Made by a program: the position numbers and the translations under genes. Positions 38,105 to 48,162 of a stretch of 64,000 nt of DNA are shown piece after piece; position 1 is the first letter of the stretch, and each line of letters opens with the position of its first letter. The stretch lies in the IMG/VR virus record IMGVR_UViG_3300008117_000001; one strand, given 5' to 3'. Source of the DNA: a virus. The notes beneath the pieces were generated by a model. It did not search any database. It had not been told where the DNA came from and was given only the letters and a program-made list of their open reading frames with translations.

Positions 38105-38757
38105 AAAAAGAATACAAAAAGCTAGAAGAAGATGACATAGAATTCCTTACTGATCTTCTTTTTGATACGTCTTTATCTGTTAGCGAAATCGCAAAGCAAT
38201 TAAATGTCTCTATAGCTGAAGTTAATAAAAAAATCAATTCTCTTGGTTTATCTTGGTTAAAAAACTCTAGAAAAAAAATGTCTAGAGGCCAAACAGCTCT
38301 GACTTTAATTATGAAAAAGCTCCTTCCTGGAGAAGAAATTATTAACGAATATCATATTGGTGACAAGTTAAAGTTTGATGTATTTTGTGCTAAGTATAAA
38401 ATAGCGGCAGAGTATCATGGCAGACAGCACTTTTACTACACTAGTAGATTTTTTGAGTCAAAGTATGATTTTGAACAAGCTAAAAAAAGAGATGAAAAAA
38501 AAGTCCAGTATTGCCTAGATAATGGAATAGCTCTAATAGTTTTTAGGTACAATGATCTGCTAACTGAGCAGGCTGTATATGATAGAATGTTAACAGCAAT
38601 AAGAGAAACTGATCATGTTTCAAAGCCAGTTCACAAGACTTCCATAAAGTCTAATCCAGCTTATCAAGAAGCAAAAAAGAAAAATTCTGAGTACAAGAAA
38701 AAACTATACAGAAAAATAAAAGGTTCAAAAATTGATGATCGCAGAAGAAGTACCTGA
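38101..38757 (+). CDS. HTH + DUF559/Vsr-like endonuclease domain protein
   Basis: LSVSEIAKQLNVS HTH; LKFDVF...IAAEYHGRQHF...KRDEKKVQYC.DNGIALIVFRY. Confidence 0.7.
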   Translation: MKKEYKKLEEDDIEFLTDLLFDTSLSVSEIAKQLNVSIAEVNKKINSLGLSWLKNSRKKMSRGQTALTLIMKKLLPGEEIINEYHIGDKLKFDVFCAKYKIAAEYHGRQHFYYTSRFFESKYDFEQAKKRDEKKVQYCLDNGIALIVFRYNDLLTEQAVYDRMLTAIRETDHVSKPVHKTSIKSNPAYQEAKKKNSEYKKKLYRKIKGSKIDDRRRST

Positions 38758-40195
38758 TCTAGAAAAGTCACCGATAGAGTATCATGCGTTCTCATTATGC
38801 CTTAAGCAGCCTGGGGCTGTACAATTCTTTAATGACAATCTTCCTAGTGACATAGTAGGAATTATTCATGGAGAAAAAGGCGTACATGAGTTTTATGAAG
38901 CGTTGCTGGGATTCTATCGTGCCACGGCATTAGATGTAGTAGATCCTGTAGCATTTAAAGTTTGGCTTCAGTCAGAAACAGATATTTATAATGCTCTTGG
39001 TGGCGACACCGGACTATCAATCATGCTTGACTTTGTTCTTGGTATTGATGTTGGAAGTAAGGAGTCTGTTTTAGAGCTAATTAAGCACAAAGCAAATAAG
39101 CGAAAACAGATAAATTATCTACAAGAACTACAGATACTAATAAACAAAAAGGGCCTTAAGTCTGAAGAAGATACCTCAAGAATATCAGAGTTAACTTCAA
39201 AGATTAAAGACTTGGAAAACTCTATAAAGTACAATCCATTTGATAAGCTAACCACTGCTTCAGATATTATGTCTAGGGCGGATGATCTGCTCGATATACC
39301 AAGCTTTATGCCAACGCAATTTAAGGCTCTAAATAAAGCAATGGGTTATACTGAAGATGGTGGATTTTTTAAGGGAGCTGTTCATGCAATCATTGCTCCA
39401 TCAGGAAAAGGCAAAAGTACATTTGCAAAGTGTTTGGCCAATCATTGGTTAGACACTGGTCATAGAGTTCTGTATGTAAATTTCGAAGAAGCTGTTGGCC
39501 ACTGGGAAAGAATATTGATGACCCAGATTATAGGTAAGAATGTATATTCTGAAGCGGAAAAGTGGTCAGAAAAAGAAAAGCTAGATTACATATCTATTTT
39601 TAAGTCTAGATTAGAAAAATGGGGTGATCGCCTTATGGTTAGGCATGACCCTGATACCCCATATTTTGAGGATCTGGAATTTTGGCTTAGAGATTTAATA
39701 GGCCATGCAGACAAGGTTCCTGATGTTTTGATCATCGACACAATACAGTCGATGTTTACCAGAGGCAATGGAAAAGGCAAGCCACGATGGGGCGAATTTG
39801 AAGAGATGATGGTTAAGCTGGAAAAGCTAGCTAGAGATATGAATTGCGCTCTAATAATAACTGCGCAAGAAAACGCCAATCGAATGAAAGAAAGAAGAGA
39901 GGTTGTCCAGCAATCTGACACTGGTGGCTCTCTTGCTATTCAGCAAAAGTGTGCAGTAACTATCTTTATCACCGAAAAACGTTTGGCGACCCAAGATGAA
40001 ACCGAAGATGAGAATATCATGCAGCTGCAGATACCAAAGAATAGAATAACTGGTTCTGCTTTTCTTTATGATCCACCATTGGTTCGTTATAATGATGAAA
40101 AGAAAATATATGAAGACTATCAAGTTGTTGATGAAAATTCATATACTGAAAGTACAGATTTGCAAGATCTGCTTAATGGAGAAGGATTTGATTGA
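38732..40195 (+). CDS. dnaB: Replicative DnaB-like (SF4) helicase
   Basis: Walker A IIAPSGKGKST, VLYVNFEE, Walker B LIIDTIQ, LIITAQEN, AIQQKC and IPKNR. Confidence 0.85.
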   Translation: MMIAEEVPDLEKSPIEYHAFSLCLKQPGAVQFFNDNLPSDIVGIIHGEKGVHEFYEALLGFYRATALDVVDPVAFKVWLQSETDIYNALGGDTGLSIMLDFVLGIDVGSKESVLELIKHKANKRKQINYLQELQILINKKGLKSEEDTSRISELTSKIKDLENSIKYNPFDKLTTASDIMSRADDLLDIPSFMPTQFKALNKAMGYTEDGGFFKGAVHAIIAPSGKGKSTFAKCLANHWLDTGHRVLYVNFEEAVGHWERILMTQIIGKNVYSEAEKWSEKEKLDYISIFKSRLEKWGDRLMVRHDPDTPYFEDLEFWLRDLIGHADKVPDVLIIDTIQSMFTRGNGKGKPRWGEFEEMMVKLEKLARDMNCALIITAQENANRMKERREVVQQSDTGGSLAIQQKCAVTIFITEKRLATQDETEDENIMQLQIPKNRITGSAFLYDPPLVRYNDEKKIYEDYQVVDENSYTESTDLQDLLNGEGFD

Positions 40196-40980
40196 TGTTA
40201 GATTTAACTACTGATTCAATAAAAGACTTTCAAACTTGTGAAAGATTATATGATTATAGGTATCAGGAAAAACTTCCAGAGACAATTTACTCTAGAGATC
40301 TTTATACATTGAAGTTTGAAAATAGTTTAAAGAGTATAATAAATTTTTTTTGGTTTAAAAAACAAGCGGGGATTACACCTTCTTATTCTTCTCTTCTAAA
40401 TAGATGGGAAAAAATCTGGTTTCCAAAAGATACAACCCATTATGATCTAATGACAGAGCAGCATGAAAGTGCATACGGCAATATGTCGAGCTTAACTACA
40501 CAGGCAGCAAATACTCTTCTTAATTTTCACGACACATATAGTCAACTAGACGCAATTCCAATTTCTATTGGGGATGAATACGTTGTGACTGTAGATAAAA
40601 CGGTGAGAATACATGATAAATTTGATTTAATATACAGACATGCTGGACAAAATTATGTTGTTAAATTCATTTTTAATTACAAAAACAGTTATAGGCAGAT
40701 CTATCAAGTTGATTTTTCTTCAATGTATTTAGCTTTTAAAAATCTTCATTCTGAAAAGCTGTCATCAACAAAGTTTGGTTATGTAGATTTAATGTCTACT
40801 AATTTAAAATTTAATGAATACGAAATAACTGAACAGGATATTGAGTCAATTAATTATTGGTGCGCTACAATAGAAGACAAAGATATTTTTGCACCTAGAA
40901 GAGGTTTAACGTATTATTGCAAAAAGTGCCCATTTGATACACCTTGTTCAAAATGGTCTTTCCCAAGTCAAGTAAAGTAA
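40192..40980 (+). CDS. PD-(D/E)XK/AddB-like fold protein with Fe-S Cys pattern, catalytic motif apparently degenerate
   Basis: S.KDFQTC at the N-terminus and YCKKCPFDTPC at the C-terminus; expected (D/E)YK is replaced by VVKFIF. Confidence 0.6.
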   Translation: MMLDLTTDSIKDFQTCERLYDYRYQEKLPETIYSRDLYTLKFENSLKSIINFFWFKKQAGITPSYSSLLNRWEKIWFPKDTTHYDLMTEQHESAYGNMSSLTTQAANTLLNFHDTYSQLDAIPISIGDEYVVTVDKTVRIHDKFDLIYRHAGQNYVVKFIFNYKNSYRQIYQVDFSSMYLAFKNLHSEKLSSTKFGYVDLMSTNLKFNEYEITEQDIESINYWCATIEDKDIFAPRRGLTYYCKKCPFDTPCSKWSFPSQVK

Positions 40981-41001
40981 AGGTAAAGTGAGTATTGTAT
41001 T

Positions 41002-41679
41002 ATGGCTAAAAATTTCTTAGATGAAATTCTAAAAGAAGATAAAAAAAGTGTTTTTGAAACAGAAAACGACGTATTGAATCAACTGATAGATGAGATAAAT
41101 CTAATTACTGATGACGCAATAGTTTCTTTTGTTAGGTCTGTTTTATTGAAAGCAGAAATTTTTTGGGACATTCCTTCTAGTTTTTCTGGAAAGTATCATC
41201 CAGCAGATGAGCATGGTCATGGTGGCAATGTCCTGCACACAAAAAGAGTAGTCAGAGTTGCTTGCATTTTAGCTGATTCTTATTCTTTATCAGATGATGA
41301 AAGAAATGTAATCATAGCTGCATGCTTGCTTCATGATGTAACTAAGGGTATTCCGGATTTTAATGATCCATCTTCTTTTCACTATGACCCAATGCACCCT
41401 TATACGGTGGCTAAATTTGTGCAGAACTGCCAGATGTATGATAAAGAATATGGAAATGATTCCCAGTCAACAAGTCTGTTTATAGCAGAAGAGTCTATAC
41501 AGGCGATACTAAGACTAGTTAGGTGCCACCTAGGGCCATGGTCTCCGGTTCCAGAAACATATCCAATTACGTACCTAGATTATATTGTGCACATTGCTGA
41601 TAATATAGCAAGTAAGATCCATACAGTTATAGAAGATAGTGAGCTTATAAATGAAAAATGGAGAAAGCAAGCTGACTAA
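41002..41679 (+). CDS. HD-domain phosphohydrolase
   Basis: SGKYHP, GGNVLHT, IIAACLLHDVTK, CHLGPW and VHIADNIAS. Confidence 0.85.
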   Translation: MAKNFLDEILKEDKKSVFETENDVLNQLIDEINLITDDAIVSFVRSVLLKAEIFWDIPSSFSGKYHPADEHGHGGNVLHTKRVVRVACILADSYSLSDDERNVIIAACLLHDVTKGIPDFNDPSSFHYDPMHPYTVAKFVQNCQMYDKEYGNDSQSTSLFIAEESIQAILRLVRCHLGPWSPVPETYPITYLDYIVHIADNIASKIHTVIEDSELINEKWRKQAD

Positions 41680-41833
41680 AGATCAGCGTATTGTAAATAG
41701 AACGTTTATTTTAAATCATTTAGATGATATAATCAAAGAGTCAGTATATTACAGAACGAATGCAGACAACATCTCGGAAGAGGTTGTTGCAAAAATTAAT
41801 ATTTATAGCGATACCAAGGTGAAGATACTGTGA
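41651..41833 (+). CDS. Hypothetical protein
   Basis: 60-aa ORF bridging the HD gene and primase with overlaps at both ends. Confidence 0.45.
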   Translation: MKNGESKLTKDQRIVNRTFILNHLDDIIKESVYYRTNADNISEEVVAKINIYSDTKVKIL

Positions 41834-43026
41834 AGATGCCAGATGACCAGTCTAAATATATTTCTAACTGGAAATACTTTGAAATAGCAAAGTATGTTAA
41901 GAATTTAGATAGAGTTATTAGAATTAAGAATAACGATCTCCCAGTTCTAATAACTGATGTGGAGTTAGACAATTTTGTAAAACAAAACGATAACACAGGG
42001 TTATACACTTCAATATGGAGATATAACGACAAGAGCCTGGATTCTGCTACTAGATTAGCTTCTCTTTACTTTGATATTGATAATAAAGATCAACAAAAGT
42101 CTTTAAATGACTGCATAAAGCTTTATGAATATTTGTCTAATTTTATACCCAAACATTCTATCGTTGTTTACTTTACAGGGAAAAAGGGTTTCCACATTGA
42201 ATGTGAAGCAATAGCCCTTGGTATAAACCCATCAAACAACTTACCAAATATATTTAGATTCATAGCAGAAAATATTAAATCTAAATTAGGCATTGAATCT
42301 TTAGATTTTAGCGTATATGACGCAAGAAGAATGTGGAGATTAGCTGGCAGTATACACCAGGAGACTGGTTTATATAAAAATATAATTTCTGAAGAAAGAT
42401 TAAAATCCGGCCTAGAAGCAATTATAGATTATTGCAAGAGCCCCTCTGAAAACATAGTGCCAGAGCAGCAGTTCAGCGCCAAAGCCAATGAGTGGTTTAG
42501 GGGTTTTACGTACGAGTTAGAAGTGCACAAGGAAAAGTCTAAAGATTTTATTGGTTACTTCAATAAGCATGGATCGTCTGCATTTAAATCATTTCAAGAA
42601 TCAGAAAAAGAGTTCACCCCTAAAAGTCTAGTAGAAAATTGCCATGCCGTTAAAAGACTGTGGCAACAAGCTATAGAAAAAAAATATCTAGAACATGAAG
42701 CAAGACTATTTCTATGCTCCATCCTGACATATAACGATGAATCTGTAAAGTTTCTTCATGGCATATTAAGTAATTGCGATGATTACAACATTGAGAAAAC
42801 TAATAGTCACATAAATGACTGGATCAAAAGAAGACAGCTTGGAATAGGCGGCAGACCTTACACGTGCGAAAGAGCTAATGCTGTGGGTGTTGGTTGTGGA
42901 GAATGTTCTTTGGAGAAAAGAAATAAGTGGATTAAAGTTGGGGACAAATACGTGGAAACGCAAGATCAATCTTCACCTTCTCCAGTCCGCTTTGCATATA
43001 AAAGTATAAAAAAAGGAGGTGAATAA
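41830..43026 (+). CDS. Archaeo-eukaryotic primase (AEP) with C-terminal PriL-like Cys domain
   Basis: LYFDID (motif I), YFTGKKGFHI (motif II), DFSVYDARRMWRL (motif III); C-terminal C..V...LEHEARLFL...YTCE...GC.EC. Confidence 0.8.
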   Translation: MKMPDDQSKYISNWKYFEIAKYVKNLDRVIRIKNNDLPVLITDVELDNFVKQNDNTGLYTSIWRYNDKSLDSATRLASLYFDIDNKDQQKSLNDCIKLYEYLSNFIPKHSIVVYFTGKKGFHIECEAIALGINPSNNLPNIFRFIAENIKSKLGIESLDFSVYDARRMWRLAGSIHQETGLYKNIISEERLKSGLEAIIDYCKSPSENIVPEQQFSAKANEWFRGFTYELEVHKEKSKDFIGYFNKHGSSAFKSFQESEKEFTPKSLVENCHAVKRLWQQAIEKKYLEHEARLFLCSILTYNDESVKFLHGILSNCDDYNIEKTNSHINDWIKRRQLGIGGRPYTCERANAVGVGCGECSLEKRNKWIKVGDKYVETQDQSSPSPVRFAYKSIKKGGE

Positions 43027-43028
43027 AA

Positions 43029-43235
43029 ATGGATAATATAAAAGATCCGGATGATGTGGTTGGTGTTTGTTCTGAGTGTAAGTCAGATCAACCAGACAGC
43101 TACATGTATAGAAGTCCTTTTGCCCAAGAGGGAAAGGCAGTGCCCTGCAAGTACTGTGGTGGCGTTGTAATAATTACCTATAGAGAAACAAGAGATCAAT
43201 CTTTAAATGAGTCAGACAGAGGTAGAGGCATTTGA
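43029..43235 (+). CDS. Small zinc-ribbon protein
   Basis: CSEC...CKYC; AAGGAGG RBS. Confidence 0.65.
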   Translation: MDNIKDPDDVVGVCSECKSDQPDSYMYRSPFAQEGKAVPCKYCGGVVIITYRETRDQSLNESDRGRGI

Positions 43236-46200
43236 TGAAAAACTGGACTAATCTCCATAACCATACCGTTTTCTCAATGCTAGATGGACACGGTGACATA
43301 GAAGAATATTTGACTAGAGCTAAGTCTTTGGGCATGAAAGGTTTAGCTACTACTGATCATGGAAACATTCATTCATGGCTAGACTTTTATGACGCTGGCA
43401 CATCGATAGGGGTAAAGCCAATTCTCGGTTCTGAATTTTATCAAGCTAGAAAATCTAGATTTGATAGAGATGAAGAAGAAAGATCTGGCCCTTCTAAAAA
43501 CGAATGGGAACAGAGAGGTCCATATCACATAACCATTTTAGCTAAAAATAAAATAGGTTATAAAAATATTATCAAAATGTCTTCTAGGTCCTTTCTTGAG
43601 GGATATTACGTAAAGCCTAGAATTGACCATGATTTAATTTCTGAACATGCGGAAGGAATAATTGTACTCTCTGGATGTTTGAATAGCGAAATCTGTCAAG
43701 CTCTACTTAGAGATGATTACAACTTTGCACTCGCTGCTGCTAAAAAGATGCAAGATATAGTTGGCAAAGAAAACTATTTCATAGAAGTTCAAGACCATGG
43801 CTTAGGTGAACAAAGAAAAGTATTTAATCAATTAGTACAAATTGCAGAAACTATAGGTGCAAAAGTTGTTCCTAGTGGTGACTGCCATTATGTCCATAAG
43901 TGCGATGCTAGAGCGCATGACATCATGTTGTGCGTTGCAACAAACGCTAACATTCATACACCTAATAGATTTTCATTTAGTGGCGAAGAATTTTATCTAC
44001 AGTCGTACGATGAAATGTCATCTAAATTTAATCCAGACTGGCTAAAAAACAGTATGGATGTTTGTGACATGGTTGATTTAAACTTAACCTTTGGGGATAT
44101 CCACTTTCCTGATTTCCCTATACCAACTCTTGAAACTTCTGTAGAATACTTTGATAGATTAGCTTGGACTGGCTTGCGTGAAAGATATGGGGATCCACTT
44201 CCTCAGCATATTATTGATAGAGCAAATCACGAAATTCGTGTTGTAAAAGAAATGGGATTCACTGAATACTTTCTTGTAGTTTCAGATCTTGTTAATTGGG
44301 CTAAAAATAATAATGTAAGAGTTGGCTGGGGAAGAGGATCTGCAGCTGGAAGTATTCTATCCTACGCATTCAAAATTACTAATTTAGACCCTATCAAGTT
44401 TGGATTGATGTTTGAACGATTCCTCGTTGAGGGTAGAAAGTCAATGCCCGACATTGACCTAGACTTTGACGATAGGTATCGTGATGAAGTTATCAATTAC
44501 GCTAGAACTAAGTATGGATCTGATCATGTAGCGCATATCTGCACATTCAACAGAACAGGGGCTAGACAGTCAATTAGAGACGCAGCAAGAGCCTTAGGAT
44601 ATGATTTTTCTGCAGGCGATGCAGTTGCGAAACTTGTTCCTCCTCCAGTTCTTGGCGTTTCCAAGAATCTTTCTGAGTGCATGGAAGTTCAAGATTTTAA
44701 ACAGCTGTATGAAAAAGATACTGACGCAAAAAGCATAGTGGATGCTGCCTTTGGTTTAGAGGGCCTAGTTCGACAAACGGGCATGCACGCAGCTGGTATT
44801 GTTATATCAAGAGATGCGCTAACGGAATACTTGCCTATTATGCAAAAGGGCGCTAATAGCCCCATGGTGACACAATGGGACATGGGTAGAGTGGAGCAAT
44901 GCGGCCTGTTAAAGATTGACTTCTTGGGCCTAAGAAATCTTGGCATTATAGATTCATGTGTGAAGTTAATAAAAAAACATCACGATATAGATATAGACAT
45001 AGATCAAATACCACTTGATGACCATAATACTTATGAGCAGTTATGTCGTGGTAATTGCATCGGAGTTTTCCAGCTGGAATCTTCAGGAATGCGTCAACTA
45101 ATGATGCAGCTTCAGCCTAAAAACATAGAAGACATAATGGCCCTAATTTCTCTTTATCGTCCGGGCCCAATGGGCTCTGGAATGGATAGGGAGTATATTG
45201 ACCGCAAGCATGGTCGCAGTAAGGTTAAATACGAGCATCCTAAGTTAGAAAAGGTATTGGGCCCATCTCTTGGCATTATGTTATACCAGGAAGATGTTCT
45301 TGGAGTTGCTAGAGAGCTAGCGGGTTTTACATCCGCTGAAGCTGATGATCTAAGAAAAGTCATCGGAAAAAAGCTTATGGACAAAATAGCTAATATGCGA
45401 TCAAAATTTGTTCAAGACTGCATCAAAAATTCAGGAATAAGCGATACTTTAGCTAATAAAATATTTTCCGACATAGAATATTTTGGTGGCTATGGTTTCA
45501 ACAGAGCGCACGCAGCGAGCTATGCAATGATTAGCTATATTACTGCATATCTAAAAACAAATTATACAGTGGAATATATGGCAGCTTTGATGTCTTCTGT
45601 TGTAGGGAACAAGGACAAGCAATCATTATATTTGGCAGACTGTAGAAAATTAGGCGTTAACGTTATGCCGCCGTCAATAAATTACTCTGGCATAGACTTT
45701 GAGGTATTAGATTCCAATTCTATTATTTTTGGCTTATCTGCAATTAACGGAATCGGTAACTCTATAGCAGAAAATATAGTTTCAATTAGGGATCAGTCAA
45801 AGCCATACACAAACATGCATGATTTTTTCAGAAGATGTGGGGCAACTCTTTTGAAAAAGAGCACATTGGAACATTTAGCTAAAGCTGGTGCACTTGATGA
45901 ATTATTTAATATAGAGGATAACGAGTTAAATAGAATTCAAGAAATCAAACTTCTTGAGATAGAAAAAGAAGAATTAGGGATATATGTTACCGACCATCCT
46001 GTTAATGGAATATGGGACATTTTATCTAAAAAAATTGATTATGAAATATTTGACTTATCAGAACTATCTAATAATACTCAAGTAAAAATTGGTGGAATAT
46101 TAAGCGATGTAAAACCCATGGTGACAAAAAAGGGAATGAAAATGTATAAGTTAATATTGGAAGATATATCTTCTGATATTGAAATTATTGTATTCCCAAA

Positions 46201-46567
46201 GTCATTAAAAAATTTGGGTGAAACACCTTTCTCTAAAGGTGACATATTAATAGTTAATGGTTCAGTAAATAAAGAGGGCGACGAAGAAAATTCAATAGTT
46301 AAGTTATATTATAACTCTTCTGAAAAAGTTGATTCAAAAATATTCTCCAGCGGTAAGGCAATAATATTAGAGATAGATGAAAACTTTTCTCCATCATTAA
46401 TTGAAAAAATATATGGTATAATTGAATCAACAAAAGGTGATAAACCAGTATTCATGCAAATGACTAATGGTAATCACAAATATATATTTAAATTTAAGAA
46501 TAATACATCATCAAAAGTTCAATCTGTTATAGAAAATATTATTAGAATGGAGAAAGAAAATGTCTAG
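43232..46567 (+). CDS. dnaE: DNA polymerase III alpha subunit (family C)
   Basis: LHNHTVFSMLDG PHP domain, ATTDHG, GRGSAAGS, SMPDIDLDF, HAAGIVIS, LKIDFLGLRNL, YGFNRAHAASY and C-terminal OB domain. Confidence 0.96.
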   Translation: MMKNWTNLHNHTVFSMLDGHGDIEEYLTRAKSLGMKGLATTDHGNIHSWLDFYDAGTSIGVKPILGSEFYQARKSRFDRDEEERSGPSKNEWEQRGPYHITILAKNKIGYKNIIKMSSRSFLEGYYVKPRIDHDLISEHAEGIIVLSGCLNSEICQALLRDDYNFALAAAKKMQDIVGKENYFIEVQDHGLGEQRKVFNQLVQIAETIGAKVVPSGDCHYVHKCDARAHDIMLCVATNANIHTPNRFSFSGEEFYLQSYDEMSSKFNPDWLKNSMDVCDMVDLNLTFGDIHFPDFPIPTLETSVEYFDRLAWTGLRERYGDPLPQHIIDRANHEIRVVKEMGFTEYFLVVSDLVNWAKNNNVRVGWGRGSAAGSILSYAFKITNLDPIKFGLMFERFLVEGRKSMPDIDLDFDDRYRDEVINYARTKYGSDHVAHICTFNRTGARQSIRDAARALGYDFSAGDAVAKLVPPPVLGVSKNLSECMEVQDFKQLYEKDTDAKSIVDAAFGLEGLVRQTGMHAAGIVISRDALTEYLPIMQKGANSPMVTQWDMGRVEQCGLLKIDFLGLRNLGIIDSCVKLIKKHHDIDIDIDQIPLDDHNTYEQLCRGNCIGVFQLESSGMRQLMMQLQPKNIEDIMALISLYRPGPMGSGMDREYIDRKHGRSKVKYEHPKLEKVLGPSLGIMLYQEDVLGVARELAGFTSAEADDLRKVIGKKLMDKIANMRSKFVQDCIKNSGISDTLANKIFSDIEYFGGYGFNRAHAASYAMISYITAYLKTNYTVEYMAALMSSVVGNKDKQSLYLADCRKLGVNVMPPSINYSGIDFEVLDSNSIIFGLSAINGIGNSIAENIVSIRDQSKPYTNMHDFFRRCGATLLKKSTLEHLAKAGALDELFNIEDNELNRIQEIKLLEIEKEELGIYVTDHPVNGIWDILSKKIDYEIFDLSELSNNTQVKIGGILSDVKPMVTKKGMKMYKLILEDISSDIEIIVFPKSLKNLGETPFSKGDILIVNGSVNKEGDEENSIVKLYYNSSEKVDSKIFSSGKAIILEIDENFSPSLIEKIYGIIESTKGDKPVFMQMTNGNHKYIFKFKNNTSSKVQSVIENIIRMEKENV

Positions 46568-46925
46568 TATTGGGCCAACAATAAATCCAGTTGAAAAATG
46601 GTGCTGGTCGTTCTGTCCCTCCTGCAATAGATGCCAGGACAAGGGTAGATATACACGCTGCAATGGATGCAGTGGAAGATATGATCCAGACCTAAAGATA
46701 TCTGTTGATAACGAAGATTTTTGCGATTGTAAAAACGGCGTTTTAAGATGGAAAACAAAACAAGGAAAATTAATTCTTACAAGATTTAAATCAAACCCTT
46801 TTAAGGGTCAGGTTAGATATGAAAAGAAAACGGAAGATGAAAGAGATTGGGATTCTTACGTAAACGATATGCGAGAAAAATTGGATGATCCAAATTGGAA
46901 TCCAGTAACTATTTACGAGGAGTAA
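46560..46925 (+). CDS. Cys-rich hypothetical protein
   Basis: WCWSFCPSCNRC...CNGC...CDC; overlaps the dnaE stop. Confidence 0.6.
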   Translation: MSSIGPTINPVEKWCWSFCPSCNRCQDKGRYTRCNGCSGRYDPDLKISVDNEDFCDCKNGVLRWKTKQGKLILTRFKSNPFKGQVRYEKKTEDERDWDSYVNDMREKLDDPNWNPVTIYEE

Positions 46926-46928
46926 AAA

Positions 46929-47150
46929 ATGATACCAGCAATTGTTCAAAAGGGAAACATAAAGCTAACGGAATATAGTGATCCAACGTACGGATATGAA
47001 GACAAGCTCTTTATTCAATGTACGTGTGTTGGTTTCTATCTTACGAAGAATGATCTAAAAGATTTATTAACTGTTGTTCATTACTATCTAAATGCAGATG
47101 ACATTACCGAAGTTTCTGTTTCTATAGGAGGTGAAAATGTGGCCCTATGA
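46929..47150 (+). CDS. Hypothetical protein
   Basis: GAGGAG RBS, 73 aa. Confidence 0.55.
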   Translation: MIPAIVQKGNIKLTEYSDPTYGYEDKLFIQCTCVGFYLTKNDLKDLLTVVHYYLNADDITEVSVSIGGENVAL

Positions 47151-47301
47151 AGAAAGTGATCACATGGAAATAGGTGAATCAGGATGGGTTTCTATTAAAA
47201 GTGGTGGCTATAAAAATATTTACAATGGACACACAATAGATGAAAATGGAAAAGAATACGATGAAAATGGATTATTGATATTTGATCCAGACGAAGAGTA
47301 A
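47137..47301 (+). CDS. Small acidic hypothetical protein (54 aa, not in ORF track)
   Basis: AGGAGGTG RBS then MWPYEESDH...DENGKEYDENGLLIFDPDEE; fills the gap before the nuclease. Confidence 0.6.
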   Translation: MWPYEESDHMEIGESGWVSIKSGGYKNIYNGHTIDENGKEYDENGLLIFDPDEE

Positions 47302-47314
47302 TTAGGAGTTATTT

Positions 47315-48112
47315 TTGAGTTCAATTAAAATTAAAAGTTATAGTGATTTACAAGATCTAGAACTATTATCTTTGGTAGACTTTTCCTATTCTAGAATAGA
47401 TACATATCAACAGTGTCCGGCTAAATACTTTTATTCTTATATAGCTAAAGAGCCACGGTTATTTAATCCTCCAGCTGTACTGGGCAATATAGTTCACGCT
47501 GTTCTAGAAAATGTTTTAGATAATGATAAAACGCTAGACCTAAACGAATTAGAAGAGGAATATAATAAAAATATTCCCATTTGGGACCCAGAAGATAATA
47601 TACCAAAAGATTTAATATCAGTTGGATCTGTTATCCTACAGGAATTTTATGATGAATATTCTGATAAGAAATTTAATATTTATGAAAAAGAATTAGGATT
47701 TGATTTCATTATAGGGTCATATCGCATAATAGGCTTTATAGATAGGGTCGATATTGTCGGTGATAGGGTAAATATTATTGACTATAAAACTGGCAAATGG
47801 GAAGTCACCCTCAAGGATATTGCAAATAATTTACAGCTAGGCATATATGCACTGGCTATGCACAATATCTTTCCAGAGAAAGAGATATACGCCGAGCTGC
47901 ACTACTTAAGATCTGGTAAAAAGAAAGGCCATCTTTTCACACCTGAAGATATTGAAAATGTAAAGTTAAAATTAATAAGTTCCATAACAAAGATTATCAA
48001 TGATACAAACTTTACCGCAACATCAAATGTGCGGATCTGCTCGTACTGTGATCACGCAAAGAGTGGGGCTTGTCCAACTGGTGTTTTTAGGAACAAAAAG
48101 AGTAATGGATAA
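47315..48112 (+). CDS. PD-(D/E)XK exonuclease (RecB/AddB/Cas4-like, Fe-S)
   Basis: SYSRIDTYQQCP, GNIVHAVLE, GFIDRVD, IIDYKTG, QLGIYA and C-terminal CSYCDHAKSGAC. Confidence 0.88.
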   Translation: MSSIKIKSYSDLQDLELLSLVDFSYSRIDTYQQCPAKYFYSYIAKEPRLFNPPAVLGNIVHAVLENVLDNDKTLDLNELEEEYNKNIPIWDPEDNIPKDLISVGSVILQEFYDEYSDKKFNIYEKELGFDFIIGSYRIIGFIDRVDIVGDRVNIIDYKTGKWEVTLKDIANNLQLGIYALAMHNIFPEKEIYAELHYLRSGKKKGHLFTPEDIENVKLKLISSITKIINDTNFTATSNVRICSYCDHAKSGACPTGVFRNKKSNG

Positions 48113-48146
48113 AAAAAAAGACCGGGGTTTCCCCCGGCCTTTTTTT
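48111..48146. terminator. Bidirectional intrinsic terminator between convergent genes
   Basis: On the minus strand: GGCCGGGG-gaaa-CCCCGGTC followed by a T9 run; A/T runs flank both sides. Confidence 0.8.
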
Positions 48147-48162
48147 ATTATTGAAGCAACAA

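Noticed and set aside
29174-46567. Inteins or introns in NrdJ, DnaB or DnaE
   Set aside because: Protein lengths (685, 487, 1111 aa) are normal, conserved motifs are contiguous, and no intein splice-junction or LAGLIDADG motifs were seen.
47315-48112. Cas4-like nuclease as evidence of a CRISPR-Cas system
   Set aside because: Standalone PD-(D/E)XK Fe-S exonucleases are common phage recombination genes; no cas1/cas2 or array is present.
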